A DNA stretch of 64,000 nucleotides, from the NCBI GenBank assembly GCA_963809045.1, contig CAWEHW010000001.1:473141-537140 (forward strand), in the 5' to 3' direction. The notes under the pieces were generated by a model. That model saw only the letters and a list, made by a program, of their open reading frames with translations, ran no database searches and was not told the DNA's origin. Position 1 is the first letter of the stretch; each line of letters starts with the position of its first letter. A program made the position numbers and the translations under genes. Source of the DNA: an uncultured Chloroflexia bacterium (GTDB lineage: Bacteria > Chloroflexota > Limnocylindria > Limnocylindrales > CSP1-4). Shown here in pieces: positions 10,076-20,164 of this stretch.

Positions 10076-11764
10076 TTGACCGCCATCCGAGAAGGAGATG
10101 CACGGGCGAACCCATTCGGGCTAGTCGGCATGCGAACATCTTGTGAAGTGGACAAGTTCGACCTGCTCCTGCGCGGTGGCACGGTCATCGATGGCACTGG
10201 TGCTCCTGCGAGGTTGGCCGACGTTGCCGTCACCGGCGACCGGATCACCGCCGTCGGCGACCTGTCGGCGGTAGATGCAAGCGGGGTCGAACTCGTCATC
10301 GACGTGACCGGCCGAGCTGTGACTCCTGGGTTCATCGATCCTCACGGCCATTCAGACGGCTCGCTGTTCGTGGATGGAGCGCTGGCGAGCCACCTGCACC
10401 AGGGATTCACGACGCAGCTGTCCGGGAATTGCGGCGACACGCTGGCTCCCTTGACCGAGACCGGGCGGGACCTCGTCGACCTGTCGCTTCGCGCCAACGG
10501 CATCGAAGCGACGTGGCGATCGTTCGCGGAGTTCCTCGGTCGCGTCGAGGAACAGTCGCTTGGCCCGAATGTCGCGTTCCTGGTGGGCCACGGGACGGTT
10601 CGCGGGTCGGTGCTCGGCGCTGCGGCCCGGGCGGCGACGACCTCGGAGCTCGCCTCGATGGTGGCCGAAGTCGAAGCCGCCCTCGATGCCGGTGCCATCG
10701 GCCTGTCATCGGGGTTGATCTACGCCCCGGGCGTGCACGCGCCGCCCGACGAGGTCGAGACGCTCGTGGCAACCACCACGCGACGTGGCGGGCTGTACGC
10801 GACGCACATGCGAAACGAGGCCGGCGGGTTGTTCGATTCGCTCGACGAGTCGATCGCGGCGGTGCGCCGCGCCGGGTCGGGCGCCCGGTTGCAGGTCTCG
10901 CACCTCAAGTGCGGCTCGACGACGGTCTGGGGCCGCGCCGGAGAGGCCATTGCGAAGCTGGAGAAGGCTCGCGCCGAGGGACTCGATGTCGCCGCCGACC
11001 AGTACCCCTACACGGCCGCGGCAACGACGCTGGCCATCGTCCTGCCACCGTCGTTGCTCGGCCTGGGCGTCGATGAGTGCGTGCAGGCGCTGGCAGATCG
11101 GGACGTCCGCGACCGGATCCGGTCCGAGATGGAGCGAGGGATCTCGGGATGGGAGAACGTCGCGTTCGATCCAGGATGGGACGGCATCCGGATCTCGAAC
11201 GCGCCGAGCCATCCCGATTGGGCGGGACGCTCGCTTGCCGATCTCGCGGACGAGCTGGACCGGGATGCGGCGGATCTCGCGTTCGATGCCCTGATCGACG
11301 ACCGGCTCGACGTTTCGATCGTCCTCGACTGCATGCGTGACGATGACGTTGCCACGATCATGGCCGTGCCGTGGATCGCGGTCTGCACCGATGCCGAGGG
11401 CCGCCGCCCGGGCCATCCGATCCTCGACGCCGGGCGGCCGCATCCCCGGACGTACGGCAGCACGGCCCGGGTGCTTGGCTCGTTCGTTCGCGAGCGGGCC
11501 GTGGTCTCGCTGGAGGTCGCCGTCGCGAAGCTGACGTCGGTCCCGGCTGGACGGCTAGGTGTTCGCGGTCGCGGCGTCCTTCGCGAGGGTGCGTTCGCCG
11601 ACCTGGTGGTATTCGACCCCGAGACGGTCGCCGACGATGCGACGTATGTCGAGCCCGCCCGCTACCCGTCCGGGATCGACCACGTGGTCGTCAACGGGCG
11701 CGTCGCGATCCGCGATGGCGCCGAGACCGGCGAACGACCCGGGCGGCTGCTCCGCCGCGGTTGA
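10076..11764 (+). CDS. N-acyl-D-amino-acid deacylase (D-aminoacylase), amidohydrolase superfamily
   Basis: LLRGGTVIDGTG...GFIDPHGHSD metal-binding motif. ~560 aa, typical D-aminoacylase length. The start may be the internal Met near 10130. Confidence 0.8.
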   Translation: MTAIREGDARANPFGLVGMRTSCEVDKFDLLLRGGTVIDGTGAPARLADVAVTGDRITAVGDLSAVDASGVELVIDVTGRAVTPGFIDPHGHSDGSLFVDGALASHLHQGFTTQLSGNCGDTLAPLTETGRDLVDLSLRANGIEATWRSFAEFLGRVEEQSLGPNVAFLVGHGTVRGSVLGAAARAATTSELASMVAEVEAALDAGAIGLSSGLIYAPGVHAPPDEVETLVATTTRRGGLYATHMRNEAGGLFDSLDESIAAVRRAGSGARLQVSHLKCGSTTVWGRAGEAIAKLEKARAEGLDVAADQYPYTAAATTLAIVLPPSLLGLGVDECVQALADRDVRDRIRSEMERGISGWENVAFDPGWDGIRISNAPSHPDWAGRSLADLADELDRDAADLAFDALIDDRLDVSIVLDCMRDDDVATIMAVPWIAVCTDAEGRRPGHPILDAGRPHPRTYGSTARVLGSFVRERAVVSLEVAVAKLTSVPAGRLGVRGRGVLREGAFADLVVFDPETVADDATYVEPARYPSGIDHVVVNGRVAIRDGAETGERPGRLLRRG

Positions 11765-11815
11765 GCCGAGGCGGACGCGACACGACGCGACCCGCCGCGA
11801 TCGTGGCACCATCGA

Positions 11816-12598
11816 GTGGTGATCGTCACCGAGACTCCCGCCAGGCTGCACCTCCCGGGCGGTCCGCTCGACTACACGCTCCGTCGCTCCCCTCGCTCCC
11901 GCGGGCTCCGCGTCGTGATCCATCCCGATCGTGGCGTGGTCGTCACGGTCCCGCCTTCCGGGCGTCGCGGGTGGGCGGATCCAGAGCGGCACGTCCGCCC
12001 GTTCCTCGTGGAACGCGAGCCGTGGCTGCGGCGCCACCTCGACCGGCATGCCCGCGACCGCGCCGAGTTAGTCGCCCGCGGTGGCCTGCGCGATGGCGCG
12101 CTTGTCCGATTCCGTGGCGAGCTCCATCGGCTCCGCGTCCGGCCCGCCGACCCGGGTCGACGGCGGTCGAGCGTGGAGCGCATCGGCGGGAGTGACGAGG
12201 ACGAAATCGTCGTGCGCATGGCCGCGGTCGATCGACGTCCCGTCGGGACCGTCCTGGAAGCGTGGCTCAAACCGCGGGCCCGTCGCGAGATCGAGCGCGA
12301 GATCCTCCGGCACGCTGTGGACATGAACGTGACGACGACCGCGATCAGCATCCGCGACCAGCGAAGTCGCTGGGGGAGCGCGTCGAAGCGTGGCCGCCTA
12401 GCGTTTTCATGGCGGTTGATTCTCGCGCCGCCCGAAGCGCTCGAGACCGTGGTCATCCACGAGCTCGCCCACCTCCGGGTGTTTGGCCATGGTCCCCGGT
12501 TCTGGGCGGTCGTCGCTTCGCGTCGAGCGGACCACGCCACGTGGCGGCGATGGTTGCGCGACCACGCGACCGAACTGCACGGCGCTCTGGATACCTGA
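11816..12598 (+). CDS. YgjP-like (DUF45/M48 family) metal-dependent hydrolase
   Basis: C-terminal HELAHLRVFGHGPRFW zinc-binding HExxH motif, characteristic of the YgjP/DUF45 family. Confidence 0.7.
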   Translation: MVIVTETPARLHLPGGPLDYTLRRSPRSRGLRVVIHPDRGVVVTVPPSGRRGWADPERHVRPFLVEREPWLRRHLDRHARDRAELVARGGLRDGALVRFRGELHRLRVRPADPGRRRSSVERIGGSDEDEIVVRMAAVDRRPVGTVLEAWLKPRARREIEREILRHAVDMNVTTTAISIRDQRSRWGSASKRGRLAFSWRLILAPPEALETVVIHELAHLRVFGHGPRFWAVVASRRADHATWRRWLRDHATELHGALDT

Positions 12599-12615
12599 CC
12601 GCCGGAGGGACGGCT

Positions 12616-13299
12616 CTAGGTGGCCGGTCGACGCCCCGCGAAGAGCGCGGCCGCCTGCGCACGACGCTCGAGGTTGAGCTTCGAGAGGATCACGCTCACG
12701 GTTCGCTTGATCGTCTTTTCGGAGAGGATCATCTCGACCGCGATCTCCTTGTTGGTCTTGCCGTCGGAGATCATTTCGAGCACCTGGCGTTCGCGCGGGT
12801 TCAGGCCGGCGAAGGGATCGGGTTCGGACCGTTCGCCGAGGCGTCGGATGCGCCTGACCATCCGGTCCGTCGCCACCGGATCGAGCAGCGAGCCACCCTG
12901 GGCGACGACGTCGATCGCGCGCATCACGTCCTTCACCCCGGATTGCTTCAAGAGGTAGCCATTCGCTCCGGCGATCACCGCCGTCAGCACCGAATCCTCG
13001 TCGCCCGAGCCAGTCAGGATGACGACCCGGATCTCGGGGTGACGAGCCTTGATCTCGCGACAGGTTTCGATGCCGGAGCCGTCGGGGAGGCTGATGTCGA
13101 GGATCACGAGGTCCGGCAGGAACTGGTCCGCCGCGACCAGCGCCTCCGCAGCGGTTCCCGCCTGGGCGACGACCTCGTACCCCGGCTGCCGGCCCAATAG
13201 GGCGGCCAGACCCTCACGCACGATGTCGTGGTCGTCGACCACGAGAATCCGAAGTCGTCGGTCCACCCCTTCTCGACTCATGCGCCCCATCTTGCGCAC
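12616..13299 (-). CDS. NarL/FixJ-family (LuxR-type) response regulator
   Basis: Receiver domain (LRILVVDDHDIVREG...LVILDISLPDGSG) plus LuxR HTH (LNPRERQVLEMISDGKTNKEIA). Confidence 0.85.
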   Translation of the reverse strand: MRKMGRMSREGVDRRLRILVVDDHDIVREGLAALLGRQPGYEVVAQAGTAAEALVAADQFLPDLVILDISLPDGSGIETCREIKARHPEIRVVILTGSGDEDSVLTAVIAGANGYLLKQSGVKDVMRAIDVVAQGGSLLDPVATDRMVRRIRRLGERSEPDPFAGLNPRERQVLEMISDGKTNKEIAVEMILSEKTIKRTVSVILSKLNLERRAQAAALFAGRRPAT

Positions 13300-13409
13300 G
13301 GCGTCAAGAGCGCGCCAAGTGCTGTGGCTCTCCCGCCCTGCGTTGGGCCATCAGGGCCCAGGGGAGTGGGACGTTCGCCTACTGTTTCGCGGGGTCCGGT
13401 GCCCTTAGG

Positions 13410-16241
13410 TTGCCGTATGTGGGTTTCTCGCCGGGCACGCCCGACCTGACGTCGGACGCTCGCCAGCTGCTTTCAGCCGGGTCGCATGCGCGACTGGGCC
13501 GGCTCTGGTGGTCGTTCTGGGCCGTCGCGACCCCGCGACGACTCCTGGCGGCCGGGATCCCGGCTATGGCCCTGTGCATGCTCCTGACCGCCCTGGACGT
13601 GGGTGGCCAAGTTGTGCTTTGGGAAAACGCCCATTGGACCGTAGCCGGGTTGCTGGCGACGAGCCTCGCGACGAGCTCCGCTTACCGAAGCCACGGGCCT
13701 GACCGTCGGCTGCGCAGCCTGGTCGCGATCGGCGTCGGTTCGTGGCTGGTTGGCCAGCTCTGCTGGATCGCCCAGACCGCATTCGGCTTCTTCAGCGTGC
13801 CGGCGCCATCTGATGTCGGCTTCCTGTTCCTCGTTGTCCCCATCGTCGCGGCGTTCCTGTTCTCGGTCCGAGGCCGGCTGGCACCGGCCGAGGCTTGGGC
13901 GCTCTACCTCGACGCCGCGACCGTGTTCATCGTGCTCACCGGTGCGATCGTCGCCGCGTACGGCCACCAGCTGGCCAATCTCGGGTTCCTGGCCGCCGCG
14001 CTGACGATGGCCTATCCGATCCTTCACCTTGCCACGGCAGGCGCCGGTGTCGTCAGCCTGCTAGCGACGCGCACGGCCGTCCGCCTGAGCGGCGGGTACC
14101 TGCTCCTGGTTGGCTTCGCCCTGCTGGGCGTTGCCTGGGTCGAATGGATGCGCCAGGCCCTCGTGGCACTGCCGCCCGCCGGAAGCCCGGTCAGTTTCGT
14201 GTTCTCGATCGGCATCGTCTGCGTCGGAGCGGGCGCCGTGGACTGGCGCGTCAACCAGCTGGCTGACGCGTCGACCCGGAAACTTGCGACGGTCATCCAC
14301 GGTGCGCTGCCCCTCGCCGCCGTTCTCGGCAGCGCCGTCCTGATCGTCGGCCAGCGTAACGGCACGGGTCGCGTCGGCCCGGTCGACGTCCTCGCCGTAG
14401 GCGTCCTGATGCTGACGGGGATCCGGCAGGCGCTGCTCGTCCACGAACGTGGCCGCCTGCTCGGCGACTCCAAGGTCGCCCGGCAGGAGCTCGAGATCGC
14501 GCTCGTCGAGCGCGCAGACGCGGACTCGAGGTACCGGGTCCTCGTCGAGCGCGTACCCGCGGCGGTCTACATCGACGTGGCGGACGCGGGTGTCACCGAC
14601 GGTGGGCGGCTGTCCTACATGAGCCCCCAGATCCAGACGATCCTGGGCTATTCGGCGGAGGCGTTCCTGGCCGATCCCGAGTTGTGGCCCCGTCTCATTC
14701 ACCCGGACGACCGAGCGCAGGCGCTCGCCGGCTACCACGACCACTGGGCCTCGGATCGGCCGCTCCGCGCCGACTACCGCATGTTCGCGAGGGATGGCTC
14801 CATCGTGTGGGTCCACGACGAGGCGTACTCGATGACCGAGGGTGCGGACGGCGGCCGACGAGTCTCGCAGGGCCTCCTCGTCGACACCACGGACCAGAAG
14901 CGCCTCCAGGAGCAGCTCCTGCACGACGCATTGCACGACCCGCTCACCGGTCTAGCCAATCGGGTGCTGTTCCGGGACCACGTCGAGCGGGCGATCGCGC
15001 GCAAGCGACGTCGGAAGGGCAGCGTCGCGTTGCTGTTCCTGGACCTGGACGACTTCAAGGTCGTCAACGACTCGCTCGGTCACCGCGCCGGCGATCGCCT
15101 GCTGGTCGAGGTCGCAAGCCGGCTCTCGGGCCAGATCCGGGTCACCGACGTGGCTGCTCGGCAGGGTGGCGACGAGTTCACCGTGCTTCTCGATCGTGTC
15201 CTCAGCGTCGACGAGGCCATCGAGGTCGCTGAACGGATCGCCGCCCAGATGCGTCTGCCGATCGAGCTCGAGGGCCGCTCGATCGTCATCACCCCCAGCA
15301 TCGGGATCGCACTCGCGACCGACCCGGCGATGGACGTCGACGACCTTCTCGCGCACGCGGACGCCGCGATGTACTCGGCCAAGGCGACCGGCAAGGCCCG
15401 CTGTGCCGTCTTCGACCCGTCCATGCGCGTCCGGGCGAGGAGTCGTCTCGAGATGGAAGCCGAGCTGCGCACGGCGATCGAACAGGACGCGCTCGAGCTC
15501 CACTACCAGCCGATCGTCGAGCTGGCCTCGAACCGAATCGTCGGCTTCGAGGCCCTGGTTCGATGGCCCCACGCGGAGCACGGGTTGATCCCGCCCGTGT
15601 CGTTCATTCCCCTGGCCGAGGAGTCCGGCCTCATCGTTCCCCTGGGACGCCTCGTGACGACGGCCGCTTGCGGGCAGCTCCGGCGGTGGATCGATTCCGC
15701 AGCATGCGACCCGAGGACCACGGTCAGCGTCAATGTCTCGCCTCGCCAGGCCATCGAGCCCGGTTTCGCGGCCGAAGTCGCGGCCATCCTGGCCGAGACG
15801 GGCCTCGCGCCGTCCTCGCTCATCATCGAGATCACCGAATCGCTGATGCTCCACGAATCGGTCGCCAGCGGATCGCTCCAGCAGCTTCGCGACATGGGCG
15901 TTCGCCTCGTGGTCGATGACTTCGGGACCGGCTTCTCGTCGCTCGAGTACTTCAAGCGATTCGAGGTCCAGGGCTTGAAGATCGACCGCTCGTTCATCAG
16001 CGGCCTGGGTCGATCTCGCGAGGACACGGCGATCGTCACCGCAACCCTGGCCTTCGCGACGGCGCTCAACCTCGCGGTCACCGCGGAGGGCGTCGAAACG
16101 GAGCTGCAGCTCGATCAGCTGCGGCTTCTTGGCTGCCAGCAGGCACAGGGCTACCTGTTCGCTCGGCCTGTCCCGGCGTCGGAGGTGCCGAAGCTGCTCG
16201 AGGAGGCAGCGGCCCTCGCCCGGCTATCTCGGGCGAGCTGA
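13410..16241 (+). CDS. membrane sensor diguanylate cyclase/phosphodiesterase (multi-TM N-terminus, PAS, GGDEF, EAL)
   Basis: ~9 TM helices, then a PAS segment, a GGDEF domain (RQGGDEFTVLL) and an EAL domain (EALVRW...DDFGTGFSSL). 943 aa. Confidence 0.85.
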   Translation: MPYVGFSPGTPDLTSDARQLLSAGSHARLGRLWWSFWAVATPRRLLAAGIPAMALCMLLTALDVGGQVVLWENAHWTVAGLLATSLATSSAYRSHGPDRRLRSLVAIGVGSWLVGQLCWIAQTAFGFFSVPAPSDVGFLFLVVPIVAAFLFSVRGRLAPAEAWALYLDAATVFIVLTGAIVAAYGHQLANLGFLAAALTMAYPILHLATAGAGVVSLLATRTAVRLSGGYLLLVGFALLGVAWVEWMRQALVALPPAGSPVSFVFSIGIVCVGAGAVDWRVNQLADASTRKLATVIHGALPLAAVLGSAVLIVGQRNGTGRVGPVDVLAVGVLMLTGIRQALLVHERGRLLGDSKVARQELEIALVERADADSRYRVLVERVPAAVYIDVADAGVTDGGRLSYMSPQIQTILGYSAEAFLADPELWPRLIHPDDRAQALAGYHDHWASDRPLRADYRMFARDGSIVWVHDEAYSMTEGADGGRRVSQGLLVDTTDQKRLQEQLLHDALHDPLTGLANRVLFRDHVERAIARKRRRKGSVALLFLDLDDFKVVNDSLGHRAGDRLLVEVASRLSGQIRVTDVAARQGGDEFTVLLDRVLSVDEAIEVAERIAAQMRLPIELEGRSIVITPSIGIALATDPAMDVDDLLAHADAAMYSAKATGKARCAVFDPSMRVRARSRLEMEAELRTAIEQDALELHYQPIVELASNRIVGFEALVRWPHAEHGLIPPVSFIPLAEESGLIVPLGRLVTTAACGQLRRWIDSAACDPRTTVSVNVSPRQAIEPGFAAEVAAILAETGLAPSSLIIEITESLMLHESVASGSLQQLRDMGVRLVVDDFGTGFSSLEYFKRFEVQGLKIDRSFISGLGRSREDTAIVTATLAFATALNLAVTAEGVETELQLDQLRLLGCQQAQGYLFARPVPASEVPKLLEEAAALARLSRAS

Positions 16242-16310
16242 CGCCGCCGGCGTCGCGCGGCCTCGCGCGGCCGCGACCGGCCCTCCGGCCGGGCATGGCA
16301 CCATTCCCGG

Positions 16311-17228
16311 GTGACCGACGGCCAGATCGAGCGCGATCTCCGAACCGCTGATGGTCGGCGTGTCACGTTCGGGATCAAGACGGCGCCGCAGTACGAGGCC
16401 ACGTACGCCGACATCGCGCGGATCTGGCGCCAGGCGGACGAGCTTCTCGACTTCGAGCACGCGTGGCTGTGGGACCACATGATGCCGCTGGGTCCCGACC
16501 CGTCAGGCCCGTGCCTCGAGAACTGGACACTCCTGGGCGCCCTGGCGGCGCAAACCAATCGGCTCCTCATCGGCCATCTCGTCACCAGCAACCTGTACCG
16601 CTCCCCGCCCGTGCTGGCCAAGATGGCGACGACGGTCGACATCATCTCGGGCGGCCGGCTGGTCCTTGGCATCGGGGCCGGCTGGTCGTCGCCGGAGCAG
16701 GATGCGTACGGTGCGCCGCGACTGGCCGCCGCCGAGCGCATCGACCGGCTCGACGAGGCGTGTCAGATCATCCGACGGGCGTGGACCGAGGACGTCTTCG
16801 ACTTCGACGGCGGTCACTACCAGCTGACGGCCGTTCGCTGCGAACCCAAACCCCTGCAGCAGCCGCACCCGCCGATCCTCGTCGGCGGCAAGGGGGAGCG
16901 GCGGACGCTGCGCGTGGCGGCCCGCCATGCCGACATCTGGAACGTCTCGGCGAAGGGTGAGGACGCGCCCGGCGAGTTTCGGCGGCTCAGTGCCATCCTC
17001 GACGACCACTGCCGTGCCATCGGGCGCGATCCCGCCGCGATCAGCCGTTCGGTCCAGTTGTTCGCCGAGGCCGCGGACCTCGGCCAGACTCGTCGCCAGG
17101 TTGGCGCGCTCATCGCCGCGGGTGCCGATCACATCGTCCTGAACCTGTTGCCGCCATTTGGCGACGACCTGCTACCGCGTCTGATCCGTGAGGTCATCGA
17201 GCCCGCGCGCGGAGCGTCGGCCGCGTGA
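16311..17228 (+). CDS. LLM-class (luciferase-like) F420-dependent oxidoreductase
   Basis: LGIGAGW...HPPILVGG...HADIWN signature of LLM-class F420-dependent oxidoreductases. Confidence 0.8.
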   Translation: MTDGQIERDLRTADGRRVTFGIKTAPQYEATYADIARIWRQADELLDFEHAWLWDHMMPLGPDPSGPCLENWTLLGALAAQTNRLLIGHLVTSNLYRSPPVLAKMATTVDIISGGRLVLGIGAGWSSPEQDAYGAPRLAAAERIDRLDEACQIIRRAWTEDVFDFDGGHYQLTAVRCEPKPLQQPHPPILVGGKGERRTLRVAARHADIWNVSAKGEDAPGEFRRLSAILDDHCRAIGRDPAAISRSVQLFAEAADLGQTRRQVGALIAAGADHIVLNLLPPFGDDLLPRLIREVIEPARGASAA

Positions 17229-17268
17229 CGAGCTGGCCGTCTGACGCCCGTCGATCGCGCCCGACGGA

Positions 17269-17625
17269 TCAGGTTCGCGCATAGACCTCGAAGCCGCGCT
17301 CCACGACGCCCTCGAGCTCGGCAAGGAGCGCCTCGTCGACCTCGGTGAACCTGAAGACGGAAGCCCCGGTCTTGTGCTTCCGGAGCGCCGGCGAGATCCC
17401 GTCGAGCAGGTCAGGGTGCGCGTGCATCGGCAGGAAGTTGAACTTGACGTAGCCATCGGCCACCTGCACGCCGGCGAACCAATCGTGCGCCGTGGCGCCA
17501 CGCCGACGGAGCATCGGGATCCCGTAGATCTGACCGACCTCGAGGTCGCCCCGGTATCGATCGAGGATTGCCCTGAGACGCAGCTCGACGGCTTGGAGCT
17601 GACCGGCGTCGGGTGCCGCTGTCAC
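17269..17625 (-). CDS. DUF1801 (YdhG-like) domain protein
   Basis: 118 aa, ...YGIPMLRRRGATAHDWFAGVQVADGYVKFNFLPMH.... Second DUF1801-like paralog; family assignment is from motif resemblance only. Confidence 0.5.
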   Translation of the reverse strand: MTAAPDAGQLQAVELRLRAILDRYRGDLEVGQIYGIPMLRRRGATAHDWFAGVQVADGYVKFNFLPMHAHPDLLDGISPALRKHKTGASVFRFTEVDEALLAELEGVVERGFEVYART

Positions 17626-17682
17626 CCGGCCAGTCTAAAGTCACCGGAGCAGATCAGGATCGGGCGTCGTGCCGGTGAAGCG

Positions 17683-17758
17683 TGGTGGAGATGAGGGGAC
17701 TCGAACCCCTGACCCCCGCGATGCGAACGCGGTGCTCTTCCAGCTGAGCTACATCCCC
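17683..17758 (-). tRNA. tRNA-Ala (anticodon CGC)
   Basis: Reverse complement GGGGATGTAGCTCAGCTGGAAGAGCACCGCGTTCGCATCGCGGGGGTCAGGGGTTCGAGTCCCCTCATCTCCACCA. G3:U70, anticodon loop TT-CGC-AT, encoded CCA. Confidence 0.9.
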
Positions 17759-17824
17759 ACGGGTGGCGCGCGCGAGGCGCCGGACGGTCGCAGAGTCTAG
17801 CACGAGGTCCCTTGCGAGCCGGTG

Positions 17825-18955
17825 CTAGACCTCGCAGATGGCGAGCAGATCCATGGCCCGATCGAGATCCGTGTCGGCGTACCACAGGTCGTCAACGGTG
17901 TACCGGAGGAAGGTCTCGAGGTCCATCGATGGCGGATCCGAGGCCGGTCCAACGGTTGGCGGCGGTGGCGTGCGGGCTGGCGTCGCCGCGGTCGAGCGAG
18001 CGGGCCGGTTCGGTGCCGGCTGGAGGATGGATCGGAGCCAGGCTCGCGCCGGCTCGGGCAGGACGGCGCGGGCGATACGGATCGGGAGCGGGCGCGCCGG
18101 GCGGGGCGCGGCCGTGGCGGCTCGGCGCCTGGCCGCGTCGAGGGCGACCGCCGCTCGCTTCGCCTCGGCTTCCTCCTTCCGCCTGATCCGTTGTCGAGCG
18201 GCATCGACGCGACGGATCTCGGTGTCGTACAGCTCCGGCGCCCCGAACATGCCTAGCACGCGAACGCCGCCGAACTCGCCCTCCAGCAGCTCCCGGAGCT
18301 CGTCGGCGACGTACTCGTGGACATGGAAGCGGTTCCAGGGCTGCATCCCCGGGTAGAGCCTTGTCGCTGCGTTGGGCGTGGCGAGGATGATCCGGCCGCC
18401 CGGCCTCGTGACCCGGGTGAGCTCACGGAGGAAGACACGAGGATCGGGGACGTGCTCCAGCACCTGGAAGCTCGTCACGACGTCGAACGAGTCGTCGGGA
18501 AACGGCAGCTCGAGACCGCCGCCCAGCACGAATTCCGGCCGCCCGTCGATCGCCCGGCGTTGGGCAGCCTCGATCGCCCGGGGCGATACGTCCACCCCCG
18601 CCACGCGACGAGCGACCGGCACGAACCGCATCGTGCCGTAGCCCGTGTTACAGCCCACGTCGAGGACATCGCGTCCAGCGGCATGCGATACGGCTTCGTC
18701 ATAGGCACGCAGGTGCATCAGCCTGAGACAGTGCTCGGCCGGCGTGGCCGGCGGCGCATCCTCGATGAGCGGGTGCTCCTCGGCCTGCAGGCGGATGGTC
18801 TCGGCGTCGCCGTCGGGCGGTTGGGGCCGCGGGGCGTCCATGGGTCGAGTATGGCGAGTCCAGGACGCTCGGGGCCTGGGTGAGCCGTTGCCAACGCGGG
18901 CATGACGCCCGGCTTTCTCGAACTCATCCGCCGCGACGTCCGCATGCGCCCGCAC
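17825..18955 (-). CDS. class I SAM-dependent methyltransferase with ~150-aa Arg/Ala/Pro-rich C-terminal extension
   Basis: VLDVGCNTGYG (motif I), DDSFDVVTSFQVLEHV, TRPGGRIIL. The start is probably the internal Met (MDAPRP...) near 18840. Confidence 0.75.
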   Translation of the reverse strand: MRAHADVAADEFEKAGRHARVGNGSPRPRASWTRHTRPMDAPRPQPPDGDAETIRLQAEEHPLIEDAPPATPAEHCLRLMHLRAYDEAVSHAAGRDVLDVGCNTGYGTMRFVPVARRVAGVDVSPRAIEAAQRRAIDGRPEFVLGGGLELPFPDDSFDVVTSFQVLEHVPDPRVFLRELTRVTRPGGRIILATPNAATRLYPGMQPWNRFHVHEYVADELRELLEGEFGGVRVLGMFGAPELYDTEIRRVDAARQRIRRKEEAEAKRAAVALDAARRRAATAAPRPARPLPIRIARAVLPEPARAWLRSILQPAPNRPARSTAATPARTPPPPTVGPASDPPSMDLETFLRYTVDDLWYADTDLDRAMDLLAICEV

Positions 18956-18976
18956 GTCTGCCGCTAGGCTGCGCGG

Positions 18977-20164
18977 ATGCCCTTTGGACTCCTGACCGGA
19001 CTTGGTGCCGCGCTGTCATGGGGCACGATGGACATCGCCAGCGCGTTGTCCAGCCGGCACATCGGCAGCCTTCGGGTGACGGCTGGGGTCCAGCTGATCT
19101 GCACGGGCTTCCTCATCCTCGCCGCGCTCATCGCCGGAACGTCGATTTCGCTGGAGCCGGGCACCCTGGGGATCGCCAGCCTGCTCGGGCTGATCGGCGC
19201 CGGGGCTTACTACGCGTACTTCACGGGGCTCCGGATCGGACCGATCTCCGTGGTCAGCGGCGTGGTCGCCGCGTATGGCGGCCTGACCGTGGTCCTGTCG
19301 GTCGTCTTCCGCGGCGAATCGTTGACCCTGGTCCAGGCGTTCGGGGCCGCGATCGCCACAGCCGGGGTGATCCTTACCGGGGTGGCCTTCGGTGGCAGCC
19401 TGCGCGCGACGCGGCTGGCGGGTCCGGGCGTCGCGTTCTCGGTGGTTGCGCTGGTCCTGTTCGCGCTCATGGCGATCACGATGGACATCGCCCTCGAGTC
19501 TGCCGGCTGGATCCAGGTGCTGGTCGTCTCGCGCCTGGTGATCGTGGTCGTATCGGTCCTCGCCATCGTGCTCCTCGCCGTCGCCGGTCGAACCGCGCGT
19601 GGCGAGGCGTCGGCATCGGGTCCGGTCCCCGTCGCGAAGGTCGGCGCGATGCTGGTCGTCGCCGGCGCGCTGGATGCGACCGGTCTCATCTCGTTCGCGA
19701 TCGGGCTCGAGAACGCCCCAACGTGGATGGTCGGCCTCGCGTCGTCATTTGGTCCCGCCGTCACGATCGTCGTGGCGGTCGCCTTTCTCGGGGAGCGCCT
19801 GAAGCGCATCCAGTGGATCGGGCTGGTGTGCGTGGCGATCGGCATGGTCGCGATCGGCCTGCCCGGAGCCGGGTCAGACCGGGAGGCTGAACCAGAACCT
19901 GGTCAGGCCATCGCCGGACTCGGCGCCAACCCGGCCGCCGCCGGCTTCGACAAGCTGTTTCACGATCGCGAGGCCGATCCCGGCGCCGCCACGAGCCCGG
20001 TCACGGGACTTCTCCACGCGGTAGAACCGCTCGAACACGCGCTCGAGATCATCTGGCGGGATTCCGCCGCCGGTGTTCGAGATCGTCACGAGCACGTCGC
20101 CGGGTCGTCGTTCAGCGCGCACGGTGACCATGCCGCCGCGCGGGGTGTACCGCTCGGCGTTTGA
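18977..20164 (+). CDS. EamA/DMT-family transporter (3' end uncertain: no stop codon until 20164)
   Basis: 10 TM helices over the first ~300 aa, then a non-hydrophobic tail. The ORF runs ~290 nt into the convergent histidine-kinase gene before the first in-frame stop. Confidence 0.55.
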   Translation: MPFGLLTGLGAALSWGTMDIASALSSRHIGSLRVTAGVQLICTGFLILAALIAGTSISLEPGTLGIASLLGLIGAGAYYAYFTGLRIGPISVVSGVVAAYGGLTVVLSVVFRGESLTLVQAFGAAIATAGVILTGVAFGGSLRATRLAGPGVAFSVVALVLFALMAITMDIALESAGWIQVLVVSRLVIVVVSVLAIVLLAVAGRTARGEASASGPVPVAKVGAMLVVAGALDATGLISFAIGLENAPTWMVGLASSFGPAVTIVVAVAFLGERLKRIQWIGLVCVAIGMVAIGLPGAGSDREAEPEPGQAIAGLGANPAAAGFDKLFHDREADPGAATSPVTGLLHAVEPLEHALEIIWRDSAAGVRDRHEHVAGSSFSAHGDHAAARGVPLGV

